In this document: positions 8,800 through 18,348 of the stretch, one piece after another
Numbering within the stretch: position 1 is the stretch's first letter
Layout of the letters: each line of letters opens with the position of its first letter
Translations under genes and position numbers: made by a program
Notes under the pieces: generated by a model
What the model saw: only the letters and a program-made list of their open reading frames with translations
Databases searched by the model: none
Told to the model about the DNA's origin: nothing
Source: an uncultured Candidatus Saccharibacteria bacterium
GTDB lineage: Bacteria; Patescibacteriota; Minisyncoccia; Phycocordibacterales; DATGWK01
Direction of reading: 5' to 3'
Assembly (NCBI GenBank): GCA_964492195.1
Contig: CAZBJL010000001.1
Span: 79,082 to 143,081 of the forward strand
Length of the DNA: 64,000 bases

Positions 8800-9038
8800 T
8801 ACTTGCTATATTTGTTTTCTGGGAGTTTGCCCATTTTTATAAGCTCGGCAGTCTTTTGCTGGCGAACAATCTTTTTGAGAGCGTGTTTTTTAGTGACGTA
8901 TTCAGATCGTTTTCGCTCGGTAAAGCGGATTTTTCTGACACGCATCAAAACACCGGAACCTTGTACGCGACGAGTGAAGCGTTTGATGACGCTTACGCTG
9001 TTTTCGTTATTTCCTCGCTCTACTTCAACGTTTATCAT
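8799..9038 (-). CDS. rpsU: 30S ribosomal protein S21
   Basis: 79 aa basic protein with the S21-like pattern VKRFTRRVQGSGVLMRVRKIRFTERKRSE. Confidence 0.75.
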   Translation of the reverse strand: MINVEVERGNNENSVSVIKRFTRRVQGSGVLMRVRKIRFTERKRSEYVTKKHALKKIVRQQKTAELIKMGKLPENKYSK

Positions 9039-9072
9039 AGGTTGAAGATATTAACATATGATTTTTTCATTT

Positions 9073-10299
9073 TCAAGCAACTGAACCTCGAGAGAGCTTA
9101 CTTAAATAGAGGGAAAGATCGAGAACGGGGATGATTTCTTGGGAGCGTGTAGGCATGTGGCGGACGACAACAGTGCCTTCAAGAGCCTCTTTTTGACCCA
9201 TAATGATGACGTACGGAGTCTTCAAATTCTCGGCAGACGCAAGCTGACCGACGAATTTGTTGTCATTTAACTGATGATACACGGGAATTCGGGCTTGGCG
9301 GAGGGATTCGATAACAGAAAGGCTTTTGAGGCGAGCTATTGAGCCAAACTGGATGAAGAAAAATCGCGGTTGCTGTTTCTTTTTGAAGAACAGTTTAGGT
9401 GCTGCTGATGGCTTTTTGAAATTAAGGTTGACACTCATCATCGGTACGTCGCGTTTGAAGCCAACTCGGCGAGCCATGTAGTTGTGTCGAGTTCCGATAG
9501 CGAACGTTTCGTCTGGAATACCTTCTTTTGGTTCGGCATTCTTAATTTCAAAAATAGTGTGTGAACAATAGTGTCGATGACCAACGAGGCCGTTGTTGAT
9601 TCGGTAGGGAATCTCAAGTGTTTCGAGATATTCAAGAACTTCTCGGAAATGTTCGATGCTTTGTTCTGAAAGGAAACTCAAAGACTGCGGTGCGCGGTCG
9701 CGAACCTCTCTCCATTTTTCGTGATCACAGTGGAGAACTTCGAACGGATCTTTTTTGAGCTGTTGGCGAACTTCAGGCGGCATACTACTGCCGTATTTTT
9801 TAGAAAAATTACCAAGTTCCTTTTCAAACTGGAAAATGGAATTTTTGTCGCCAAGGCTGTTGATGTCGACGATGACTTTTTCGTGGCCGTGGTCGGCAAG
9901 GATAGCTACTGCAGTGCGAATTGCGATCGCTTCTGCAACGCTTTCAAACGAACCGATGATGTCGAGTGCGTAATGATGCTCATCTGCGGGGCGTTTGATA
10001 GAAAGTTGTGAGACAGGGCGTTTGTACTGGAGCATTGCAGGCTGTGGATCTGTCGATAGATTCCAAGCGAGCACTGAACGAAGTATAGAAGTTTTTTCTT
10101 CTGGGCGGGGAAAGGCGTTTTTGGTGATGTCTGCTCGAGATGAAACGAAAGAATTTGCAATATCAAAATCTACTTTCTCAATTTTTGGAGTTTTAATCGG
10201 CTGAAAACCATAAAACAAGGCGATCTCCGCAGCTTTGTCTAAATCCTTGAGCACATATGAGGGTTCGCGCACTGACCTTGGTTTTGATTTGGCCGGCAT
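9073..10299 (-). CDS. hisS: histidyl-tRNA synthetase-like class II aaRS (divergent)
   Basis: Collinear with HisRS: AEIALFYGFQPIKTP, LQYKRP...HHYALDIIG, VDINSLG, HRHYCSHTIFE, GTRHN, and C-terminal anticodon-binding block YVIIMGQKEALEGTVVVRHM. Catalytic motifs are atypical. Confidence 0.6.
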   Translation of the reverse strand: MPAKSKPRSVREPSYVLKDLDKAAEIALFYGFQPIKTPKIEKVDFDIANSFVSSRADITKNAFPRPEEKTSILRSVLAWNLSTDPQPAMLQYKRPVSQLSIKRPADEHHYALDIIGSFESVAEAIAIRTAVAILADHGHEKVIVDINSLGDKNSIFQFEKELGNFSKKYGSSMPPEVRQQLKKDPFEVLHCDHEKWREVRDRAPQSLSFLSEQSIEHFREVLEYLETLEIPYRINNGLVGHRHYCSHTIFEIKNAEPKEGIPDETFAIGTRHNYMARRVGFKRDVPMMSVNLNFKKPSAAPKLFFKKKQQPRFFFIQFGSIARLKSLSVIESLRQARIPVYHQLNDNKFVGQLASAENLKTPYVIIMGQKEALEGTVVVRHMPTRSQEIIPVLDLSLYLSKLSRGSVA

Positions 10300-10323
10300 G
10301 GTTGTCGCGTTTAGTCTTTTAAA

Positions 10324-10956
10324 TTATTTACTGAAATCTCCTGGTAAAAAATGAAAACTTGCGGCTGGTAAAAGTCTGAACAACGGACGCCCGACGATGA
10401 GGTCGGCGGGTACAGGTCCCCACGACCTCGAATCGAGGCTGCCGAGGCGATTGTCGCCAAGAACAAAATATTCCTTTTCTCCAAGCGGCTCGCTTTTGAA
10501 ATCCTCGAGCTTTTTATTTCCGTCCGCGATGAATGGTTCGTTGAGTGTAGTAGTTCCACCGTCCTTTGAGAGGACTGTAACGATTCCGTTTTTAATTTCT
10601 ATTGTTTCTCCAGGTAAACCGATGACTCGCTTGATGAAAAATTTAGTTTTATCTTTTGGATATTTGAAAATAATGACAGAATCACGTTTTGGTTCTTCAA
10701 AACGCTGACTTAATTGGTCGACAATTAAATATTGACCGTCTGCAAAGGTTGGATCCATCGATGCGCCTGAAACAATGAAGGGTTGCGCGATGTAGAGGCG
10801 GAACGGAATGACGATAATGAGGGTAATGAACGTAAACTTGATGATTTCTTTCCAGAAACCGCCGCGGGGAGATACAGGAGCAGATTCTTTTACTTCAGTA
10901 TCATGAGAACTTTCATTCATGCTTGCCATTCTAGTACGTTTGAGCGTTTGACACAA
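10324..10956 (-). CDS. lepB: signal peptidase I
   Basis: SGASMDPT (Ser nucleophile box) and GDNRLGSLDSRSWGPV (box E). Confidence 0.85.
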   Translation of the reverse strand: MCQTLKRTRMASMNESSHDTEVKESAPVSPRGGFWKEIIKFTFITLIIVIPFRLYIAQPFIVSGASMDPTFADGQYLIVDQLSQRFEEPKRDSVIIFKYPKDKTKFFIKRVIGLPGETIEIKNGIVTVLSKDGGTTTLNEPFIADGNKKLEDFKSEPLGEKEYFVLGDNRLGSLDSRSWGPVPADLIVGRPLFRLLPAASFHFLPGDFSK

Positions 10957-11018
10957 GACTTTTTGATATGTTTTGGTGGCCGTAAACTCGTTTTTATTCT
11001 CTGTGTTACAATTTTGCC

Positions 11019-11615
11019 ATGTATGTAATCGTCGGTCTCGGAAATCCGGGAAATGAATACGAAAATACGCGTCACAATGTGGGCCGAATGCTCGTTCGGG
11101 ATTTTTTCACTGCGCACAAACTGCCTGAATTTGTTTTTGATAAAAAATCGAACGCACTTGTGAGCGAAGGAAAGCTAGGAAATCAGAAAATTGTCGCACT
11201 GTTGCCAGAAACGTTCATGAACAAGTCGGGAGACTCTGTAAAAAAGTTTGTAAAGAGCAAAAAAGCTGCAGAAATGCTCGTTGTTGTGCACGATGAGCTC
11301 GATCTTCCGCTTGGTCGCGCTAAAATTTCATTTAATAAAAGTTCAGGAGGTCATCGTGGCGTGGAATCTGTAAAGAAAGCTGTTGGTACAGAAGCGTTCG
11401 TACGTATAAGGATTGGAATTTCTCCTTCAACCGCGGGAGGTAAACTCAAAAAACCAACAGGCGAAGAAATGGTGAATAATTTTATTCTTGGAAAACTTTC
11501 AAAAAAAGACGAAGATGCACTCGCAAAAATGTCTAAAAGTTTTAAAGAATCACTTGAACTGCTTATAAAAGAGGGAAAAGACGCGGCAATGAACGAGTGG
11601 AATGGGAAACTGTAG
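11019..11615 (+). CDS. pth: peptidyl-tRNA hydrolase
   Basis: MYVIVGLGNPGNEYENTRHNVG N-terminal signature. Confidence 0.9.
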   Translation: MYVIVGLGNPGNEYENTRHNVGRMLVRDFFTAHKLPEFVFDKKSNALVSEGKLGNQKIVALLPETFMNKSGDSVKKFVKSKKAAEMLVVVHDELDLPLGRAKISFNKSSGGHRGVESVKKAVGTEAFVRIRIGISPSTAGGKLKKPTGEEMVNNFILGKLSKKDEDALAKMSKSFKESLELLIKEGKDAAMNEWNGKL

Positions 11616-11642
11616 AAGATACATTTCTCCGCACCCTTGCTA

Positions 11643-11670
11643 TTGACAAAAATGTGTGTTTTGGTACAAT
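11643..11670 (+). promoter_or_regulatory. consensus sigma70-like promoter (TTGACA-16-TACAAT)
   Basis: TTGACA at 11643-48 and TACAAT at 11665-70. An AAGGAGG SD lies before the ATG at 11746. Confidence 0.5.
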
Positions 11671-11745
11671 ATTTCGAGAATTACAGGGGCTGGGTGTTCC
11701 AGTTCTCTACGCGCACATTGGCATTTTGATCAAGGAGGATAGGCC

Positions 11746-12090
11746 ATGAAGAGTTGGTTCAAAAATCACACGGAGCTTCTTGTGGGGATACTCGTCGGCT
11801 TGCTGTTCGTCAGTCTGGCAATTGTTTCCGGCCCCTTCGCCGTCTTTATGATGGTGATGCGATCCAGCAAGGGTCATCCGGCGACTCCGACGGTGTGCAC
11901 GTTCAGTGCAATCTTGTGGCTCTTCGCTGTCGGTCTCGCGTGTGGTCTTTATCGAGACCCGATCTTCGGCTGGCCATACCTAACCGCTCTGTTGGTTTGG
12001 AGCGTGTCGGTGGTTCTTACGCTCGCTGTCTCATTGTTCGATGCCTATGAGTATTCAGCGAACAAGTTCAACGCCGACTTTGGCAACTGA
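11746..12090 (+). CDS. hypothetical 3-TM membrane protein, GC-rich cassette gene
   Basis: 114 aa ORF, visibly higher GC than its neighbours. Own promoter, AAGGAGG SD and terminator. Confidence 0.5.
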   Translation: MKSWFKNHTELLVGILVGLLFVSLAIVSGPFAVFMMVMRSSKGHPATPTVCTFSAILWLFAVGLACGLYRDPIFGWPYLTALLVWSVSVVLTLAVSLFDAYEYSANKFNADFGN

Positions 12091-12110
12091 CTTCGTGATC
12101 TGTGTAACAC

Positions 12111-12146
12111 AAAACCCCAGCTGGGATAGCTGGGGTTTTTCTTTTT
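12111..12146 (+). terminator. rho-independent terminator
   Basis: ccccagc-tgggata-gctgggg hairpin plus T-run. Confidence 0.7.
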
Positions 12147-12166
12147 GTGTGAGGATGGGTGAAAAC

Positions 12167-13324
12167 TTACTTCGCCTCCACAAATGACAACGTCATTCTC
12201 TGGTCTTTTGGTTCAAAGAGAGTGATTTTGAATGAGTAACTCTTTCCAAGAGAAAGTTTTTCACGCATTTTTGCTTCACTGCCGAATTCAGAGATGTGAA
12301 CAAGGCCAGACACACCTTCTTCTATTGAGGCCAATGCACCATGCTTGTTGAATTTGATGATAACAGCCTGAACCATTTCATCTTTCTTGAATTTCTTTTC
12401 AGCTTCGATCCATGGATTTGGTCGGAGTGCTTTGATAGAAAGAGAAATCTTTCCATCTTTTATTTCGATAACCTTTGCTCGAACCTTATCGCCAACCTTG
12501 AACATTGCTTTGATGTTGTCGACGAGACCCCAATCAACTTCAGAGATGTGCACGAGACCTTCGAGACCTTCTTCGAGTTTAATGAAGAGACCAAAATCAA
12601 CGATACCTGTAACTTCGCCTTCAGTTTCATCACCGACTTCATATTTGTCGATAATTTTTTCTTTATTTTTGAGTTCGGGATTCTTTTCAGAGAAAATCAA
12701 CTTTCCATCCTTTGGAATTGCACCAATGATAGATACAGTAATTTTTTCACCGATAAGCTTTTTGAGTTCTTCGAGGATTCTGTCTTTGTCGCCATCTGCA
12801 ACGCGAGGGTAGTGAGACGTGTTGAGTTGTGAAGCGGGGAGAAAGCCGACGATACCTTGCCAGCTCATGATAAGACCGCCTTTGTTTGCATCCTGAACTG
12901 GAAGTTCAAATACGTTTTTGTTTTTGATTGCTTCTTCAGCTTCGCTCCAAATGATTGCTTGTCGAGCTTCTTTAAGAGAGATTTCGATGTAGCCGTTTTC
13001 ATTGTCGAGAGAAACGACTTTACCGGCGATCGCGTCACCTGGATTTACTTTCTTGATGATGTCGCGAGCATTGATGTATTCGCGACCGTAAATGATACCT
13101 GTTCCAAATGGTGGCAAATCGACAAATACGGATGCTTTGTCGAGACCGATAACGGTACCTTCAATAACGTCACCAACTGATGGTGGGTTTTGGGTTTCAG
13201 CAAAAAGCTTCCCCATAGGGGTTTCTTTTTTGAGTCGAGCTGCGGCTTCGAGTTCCGTTTCTTCTGCTTGTACTGCTGCACCTTCTGCTTCCTTTTTTGA
13301 AACTTTCTTTGTTTTTGTTGTCAT
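12167..13324 (-). CDS. rpsA: 30S ribosomal protein S1 (four S1 domains)
   Basis: Repeated S1 RNA-binding domains (GDVIEGTV..., GDKVRAKV..., etc.). Start taken at MTTKTKK. Confidence 0.8.
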   Translation of the reverse strand: MTTKTKKVSKKEAEGAAVQAEETELEAAARLKKETPMGKLFAETQNPPSVGDVIEGTVIGLDKASVFVDLPPFGTGIIYGREYINARDIIKKVNPGDAIAGKVVSLDNENGYIEISLKEARQAIIWSEAEEAIKNKNVFELPVQDANKGGLIMSWQGIVGFLPASQLNTSHYPRVADGDKDRILEELKKLIGEKITVSIIGAIPKDGKLIFSEKNPELKNKEKIIDKYEVGDETEGEVTGIVDFGLFIKLEEGLEGLVHISEVDWGLVDNIKAMFKVGDKVRAKVIEIKDGKISLSIKALRPNPWIEAEKKFKKDEMVQAVIIKFNKHGALASIEEGVSGLVHISEFGSEAKMREKLSLGKSYSFKITLFEPKDQRMTLSFVEAK

Positions 13325-13526
13325 GTGAAATTGTGCAAAGGAAGTATTGAGATGTTCGGGCGTATCGGAGTTACATCGCAAGGTTAGCTTCCGTTTGCGC
13401 TAATAATTTCTACCTACAAACGTTGTGACATTATATTGATATTTTTGGATTTGTAAAGCGGGCTGTTACGGATAAGTACCTATAAAAATCGTGAATTTAA
13501 AAACGCCTATGCTATAATGTGCCATT

Positions 13527-14165
13527 ATGGTTATTTCATACCTCGGCGGACAATCTTTTAAACTGCAATTCGGTGACATTGTTATTGCGTATAATCCAAT
13601 TTCCAAAAATTCAAAGCTCAAGTCAACAAGTTATGGTTCGGATATTGCGCTTGTAAGTGTCGACCATCCTGACATGAACGGTGTCGAGAACGCATCTCGC
13701 GGTGAAAAGTTGCCCTTCATTATAAAAGGACCAGGCGAATACGAAATCACAGGCGTTTTCATCCACGGTTTTCCAAGTAAATCAAAATACGACGGCAAGG
13801 AGCGAATCAATACGATTTACAACGTATCGCTCGAAAATATGAATCTCTGTTTCTTGGGTGCACTTAGTTCAACTGAACTTTCAAACGATGTGCTTGGAGA
13901 GTTGGAAGAAATCGACGTTCTTTTCGTGCCCATCGACGGGGAAGACGTCCTTTCTCCCGCCGAAGCCTACAAACTTGCCGTTTCTCTTGAACCAAAACTG
14001 ATTGTGCCGATGTACTCAACTACCGATGGCAAAAGCAAAGCGCTTGAAACATTCCTTAAAGAAGCTGGTGAAAACGCTCCAGAAAAACATGATAAACTAA
14101 CTATTAAGAAGAAAGATTTGGAAGGGAAGCAGGCGGAGCTCGTCGTTATCAATCCTTCACTGTAG
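13527..14165 (+). CDS. MBL-fold (UPF0173-like) protein lacking the HxHxDH zinc motif
   Basis: N-terminal MVISYLGGQSFKL...IAYNP resembles UPF0173 metal-dependent hydrolases, but the motif region reads VDHPDMNG. A TGcTATAAT extended -10 lies upstream. Confidence 0.55.
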   Translation: MVISYLGGQSFKLQFGDIVIAYNPISKNSKLKSTSYGSDIALVSVDHPDMNGVENASRGEKLPFIIKGPGEYEITGVFIHGFPSKSKYDGKERINTIYNVSLENMNLCFLGALSSTELSNDVLGELEEIDVLFVPIDGEDVLSPAEAYKLAVSLEPKLIVPMYSTTDGKSKALETFLKEAGENAPEKHDKLTIKKKDLEGKQAELVVINPSL

Positions 14166-14174
14166 TGTATTCAT

Positions 14175-14564
14175 ATGTCACTCATCGAAAATCTACGCGG
14201 AAAATCTGAAAATTATAAGCGAGGCGTCGCATTTGGTGTTTCGCTTTTTGTAACCCTCGCAATTTTCGGTGTCTGGGTCACGGTTCTTTTCCCTGGCACA
14301 ATTTCAAACCGAACGATCGTGGCACAAAGAGCAAAACCCGAACAACCCGTCGCTACATTTAGTAGAAACGTGGCGTCAGCTCTTTCGGCGGTCAAATTTC
14401 AATTTGCATCGGTTTTTCATTATTTCAAAGACATGAAAGTTGATACAAATAATGAAATAATCATTGTTTCTCCGGAAGAAAGTGAGGCACGTGCGCGTGA
14501 GTCGCAGCAGACAACAAAAACCGATTATCCGGCTACAAACAAAGGTAGTTCTGTGGTATACTAG
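14175..14564 (+). CDS. hypothetical membrane-anchored protein
   Basis: 129 aa, single N-terminal TM helix. Confidence 0.4.
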   Translation: MSLIENLRGKSENYKRGVAFGVSLFVTLAIFGVWVTVLFPGTISNRTIVAQRAKPEQPVATFSRNVASALSAVKFQFASVFHYFKDMKVDTNNEIIIVSPEESEARARESQQTTKTDYPATNKGSSVVY

Positions 14565-14570
14565 CAACAC

Positions 14571-17054
14571 ATGAGCGACAAACAGTCGAAAAAACCCAAA
14601 GGTTCTGATGGTGACTCTATACCTTCACCTTTTTCTGCAAACGTTGTAGATCGAAGCATTACGACCGAAATGAAAGAGTCGTATTTGGACTATGCCATGT
14701 CCGTTATTACGGCGCGCGCATTGCCCGATGTTCGTGACGGTTTAAAGCCTGTGCATCGTCGTATTCTCTACGCCATGTTGGAAAAGGGTTTGACGTCTTC
14801 GGCAAAATTCCGCAAATCTGCGGTCGTTGTTGGAGACGTGCTCGGAAATTATCATCCACACGGCGACGTCGCAGTGTACGACTCAATGGTTCAGATGGCC
14901 CAGGATTTCAAAATGCGTTATCCGCTCATTTTGGGACAAGGTAATTTTGGAAACATTGACGGCGACCCAGCTGCTGCGATGCGTTACACCGAGGCAAAAA
15001 TGTCTCGACTTTCGAGTGAGCTTCTTCGTGACCTTGAAAAGGAAACTGTCCTCTGGCGCCCCAACTACGACAATACAAAAAAGGAACCCACCGTTTTGCC
15101 CGCTGCAACCCCAAACCTTCTATTAAACGGAACGCTTGGTATTGCCGTTGGTATGGCCTCAAACATTCCTCCGCACAATCTGGGCGAAGTGAGCCAGGCA
15201 CTTATTCATTTGGTGGATAATCCAAATGCAACAACCGAAGAACTTATGGAATTCATCCAAGGGCCGGATTTCCCAACAGGCGGTATCGCTTTTAGTCGAA
15301 AAGATATTCATCATGCGTCGGCGACGGGTCGTGGAGGTGTTGTTGTTCGCGGTGTTGCCGAGATCGTCGAAACAAAAGCTGGTGTAAATCAGATTGTTAT
15401 TTCTGCTGTCCCATACCGCGTCAATAAATCCGATTTGATTATAAAAATTGCCGATCTTGTTCGAGAGAAAAAACTCGAAGGTATCAAAGGTCTCCGAGAT
15501 GAATCCACAAAAGATATCCGCATTGTCATCGATCTCAAGGGTGGCGGTCATCCACAAAAAGTTTTGAACGCTCTTTTTAAACATACACAGCTCGAAGAAA
15601 CATTTCATTACAACTTAGTCGCGCTTGTTGACGGTGTGCCGCAAACTCTTTCTCTCAAGAGCATGCTTTCCGAGTTTATCGGTCATCGCAAAATCGTCAT
15701 TCGTCGTCGAACAGAGTACGACCTCAAAAAGGCCCTCGAGCGCGAACATATTTTGCTCGGCCTCACGAAGGCTCTCGACCATATCGACGAAATCATCAAG
15801 CTCATTAAGGCGTCAAAAGACACTGCCGAAGCGCACGTGAACCTCATGAAGAAGTTCAAGTTTAGCGACTTGCAGGCGACAGCTATTTTGGAAATGCGTC
15901 TTCAGAAACTCGCTGGTCTCGAACGCAAAAAACTCGAAGACGAACTTAAGGCAGTTCAAATTTTCATCAAACGATGCAGAGAGATTCTTGCAAGCGAAAA
16001 AATCATCGTCGACATTATTAAATCTGAAACAAAAGAAATTGCTGAAAAATATGGCGATCCTCGTCGAACGTTGATCATGAAGCAAGGCGCAAAAATTCTT
16101 TCTGTCGAAGATCTTGTTCCAGATGAAGAAAACGCTCTCGTTCTTACAGCTGGCGGATACGTAAAACGCACAAAGCCTGAAGAATTCAGAAAACAAAAAC
16201 GTGGTGGTGTCGGCGTCGTTGATCTTGAAACAAAAGAAGAAGATTTTGTCACACACCTTCTCGTGGGTAACACGCACAGTGACGTTTTGTTCTTTACGGA
16301 CAAAGGAAAGGTGTACCAGATAAAAATGTACGATCTTCCTGAAGGCAAGCGTGCAACTCGCGGAAAATCTTTGGTGAACTTTGTTGCACTTGGTGCAGAT
16401 GAAAAAGTAACTTCTGTTTTGGTGATGCCAAAAGAAATGAAAGGAGCAGAATTGTCTCTCCTTATGGTTACCAAAAACGGTGTTGGTAAAAGAGTGAAGG
16501 CCTCGAGCTTCAACGACGTTCGTCGCAGTGGCCTCATTGCTATCAAACTCCAAGCAGGGGACGAACTTGTATCCGCTTCGTTTATTGCAAAGGACGACAC
16601 GTCCATTCTTGTAACCGCAAAAGGTCAGTCAATTCGTTTTAAAGAATCAGACATCCGTGAAATGGGACGTGGTGCCGGCGGTGTGCGAGCAATTCGTCTT
16701 GGAAAGGGTGACAGCATTGTTGGGGCACAAGTGATTTCTAAAGCCGACAAAGCGCCGTCTCTTCTTATTATCAGTAGTAACGGTTACGGCAAACGAACTG
16801 AAATCGAAGAATATAAAATTCAAAACCGCGGCGGTTCTGGTATCAAAACATCAAAAGTTACTCCAAAGACAGGTGACATTATTTCCGCTCTCATTGTGAC
16901 CGAAGAAACCGAAGAACTCGTCGCTATTTCTCAAAAAAGTCAGGTCATTCGCACCGATGTAAAAGAAATTCCATTACTTGGTCGTTCTACGCAAGGTGTC
17001 AGAATCATGAAACTCCGAGAAAAAGATCAGATCGCAAGTTTGATTTGTTTGTGA
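14571..17054 (+). CDS. gyrA: DNA gyrase subunit A
   Basis: 827 aa. Active-site region AMRYTEAKM (catalytic Tyr), N-terminal [12 protein letters not shown]-terminal beta-pinwheel repeats. Confidence 0.95.
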   Translation: MSDKQSKKPKGSDGDSIPSPFSANVVDRSITTEMKESYLDYAMSVITARALPDVRDGLKPVHRRILYAMLEKGLTSSAKFRKSAVVVGDVLGNYHPHGDVAVYDSMVQMAQDFKMRYPLILGQGNFGNIDGDPAAAMRYTEAKMSRLSSELLRDLEKETVLWRPNYDNTKKEPTVLPAATPNLLLNGTLGIAVGMASNIPPHNLGEVSQALIHLVDNPNATTEELMEFIQGPDFPTGGIAFSRKDIHHASATGRGGVVVRGVAEIVETKAGVNQIVISAVPYRVNKSDLIIKIADLVREKKLEGIKGLRDESTKDIRIVIDLKGGGHPQKVLNALFKHTQLEETFHYNLVALVDGVPQTLSLKSMLSEFIGHRKIVIRRRTEYDLKKALEREHILLGLTKALDHIDEIIKLIKASKDTAEAHVNLMKKFKFSDLQATAILEMRLQKLAGLERKKLEDELKAVQIFIKRCREILASEKIIVDIIKSETKEIAEKYGDPRRTLIMKQGAKILSVEDLVPDEENALVLTAGGYVKRTKPEEFRKQKRGGVGVVDLETKEEDFVTHLLVGNTHSDVLFFTDKGKVYQIKMYDLPEGKRATRGKSLVNFVALGADEKVTSVLVMPKEMKGAELSLLMVTKNGVGKRVKASSFNDVRRSGLIAIKLQAGDELVSASFIAKDDTSILVTAKGQSIRFKESDIREMGRGAGGVRAIRLGKGDSIVGAQVISKADKAPSLLIISSNGYGKRTEIEEYKIQNRGGSGIKTSKVTPKTGDIISALIVTEETEELVAISQKSQVIRTDVKEIPLLGRSTQGVRIMKLREKDQIASLICL

Positions 17055-17062
17055 GTAAGTTT

Positions 17063-17155
17063 CACCCACCCCTCCAGGAGAGCGCATAAATTCTACTGAA
17101 TTTTGCTCCTCTCGGTCGCCTTCGCGACCTGCGAACTCTCCTGTTAGGGTGGGTT
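17063..17155. repeat. structured palindromic repeat, family B copy 1 (candidate ncRNA)
   Basis: Core cgcATAAATTCTACTGAATTTTGctc + GC hairpin ggtcgc-cttc-gcgacc, enclosed by stem caggagag/ctctcctg and outer cacccaccc/gggtgggt. Sits in the gyrA 3' UTR before the terminator. Confidence 0.6.
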
Positions 17156-17183
17156 TGGTAAGATAATTCAATTCAATTCCAAA

Positions 17184-17241
17184 TAAAAAACCGGACGTTG
17201 GTACAGAGTGAATCTCACTGTACCGGCGCCGGTTGTTTTTT
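17184..17241. terminator. bidirectional rho-independent terminator between convergent genes
   Basis: A-run, long hairpin ccggacgttggtacagagtga...tcactgtaccggcgccgg, T-run. Confidence 0.55.
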
Positions 17242-17683
17242 ACGTTGTCACAGACGGAGCTTCAAAAGTGGTGCCGCATTCGGGGCACACATGGTCCTCA
17301 AGTCCCGCCAGGCTATAGTCGCATTTCATGCAGAAGCGGCCCTGTCTCTTGTAATACTCCCATTTTGCATCCCTCCATCGTCCTCGTGAGTGCAATAGTG
17401 CGAGACCAATGATCGTGATTACTCCAAAAACTGTCATACCTACTGGCCAGGAACGTAATGCGGGAACTGGAGATACGAAGAGGGCCACTATGAGTGAGAA
17501 TATGGTGAGTATTCCCAACCAAAAAGTGATTTGGATATGCAAACGGATCACTTGTAAATCATTTTTGTACACTTTGAACACCGCACTATATAGAAATATC
17601 ATGAATAGTAACCACGAAAGAAAGAAGTAGGGAGGTAAAATGAGAGTGTAAGTCACCAGACGGGTGGTAAGACTTGGAAACAT
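17240..17683 (-). CDS. hypothetical membrane protein with C-terminal CxxC...CxxC zinc ribbon
   Basis: 147 aa, 3-4 TM helices, C-terminal CMKCDY...CPEC. Confidence 0.5.
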   Translation of the reverse strand: MFPSLTTRLVTYTLILPPYFFLSWLLFMIFLYSAVFKVYKNDLQVIRLHIQITFWLGILTIFSLIVALFVSPVPALRSWPVGMTVFGVITIIGLALLHSRGRWRDAKWEYYKRQGRFCMKCDYSLAGLEDHVCPECGTTFEAPSVTT

Positions 17684-17810
17684 ATGTCGTTCTCCTGTGA
17701 TCTGTGAATTGTATATTACGGTTCCAGCAATAAAATAACACGTTGAGTGATTTTGTCAAATAATGAGTGGAATGAAAATTTATTGAAAAAACTCATGATA
17801 AAATAAATGA

Positions 17811-18338
17811 ATGTTCTCTGACCCTAAAAAGAATCTCGAGCAGTTTGACATCGCTCCCGCCCAAAAAGTTGCTGACTTCGGCTCTGGTGCCGGCTACTAC
17901 ACATTTCTCACTGCAAAGCGTGTTGGCCAAACAGGTCGTGTGTACGCGATCGACATCAACAAAGACCTCCTCGTTACGCTCAAACGCGAAGCCGACAAAG
18001 CCCATCTTTTTAATATCGACATTGTGCTTGCAGATTTTGAACTTTCTGGTGGCACCAAACTAAAAGAAAAAGTTATCGAACGTGGTCTTGTGACGAATGT
18101 GCTGTTCCAAGTTCCAAATAAAAAAGGTTTTGTAAAAGAAATTGCTCGAGTGCTTCGTCCAGATGCAAAAGTGCTTGTTATTGATTGGACAGATTCGTTT
18201 GGTGGCATCGGTCCGAAGCCAGAAGATGTATTTTCAAAAGAAAAATGTCGAGCACTTTTTGAGGAACATGGCTTTGCGTTCGAAAAAGAAATTTCCGCAG
18301 GTGTACATCACTATGGGTTTGTGTTTAAAAGAGTGTAG
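17811..18338 (+). CDS. class I SAM-dependent methyltransferase
   Basis: VADFGSGAGYYT motif I. Confidence 0.75.
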   Translation: MFSDPKKNLEQFDIAPAQKVADFGSGAGYYTFLTAKRVGQTGRVYAIDINKDLLVTLKREADKAHLFNIDIVLADFELSGGTKLKEKVIERGLVTNVLFQVPNKKGFVKEIARVLRPDAKVLVIDWTDSFGGIGPKPEDVFSKEKCRALFEEHGFAFEKEISAGVHHYGFVFKRV

Positions 18339-18348
18339 AATATAAACA

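Noticed and set aside
15813-16606. 246 and 216 aa minus-strand ORFs inside gyrA
   Set aside because: Antisense to GyrA. No expression signals. Typical long antisense ORFs.
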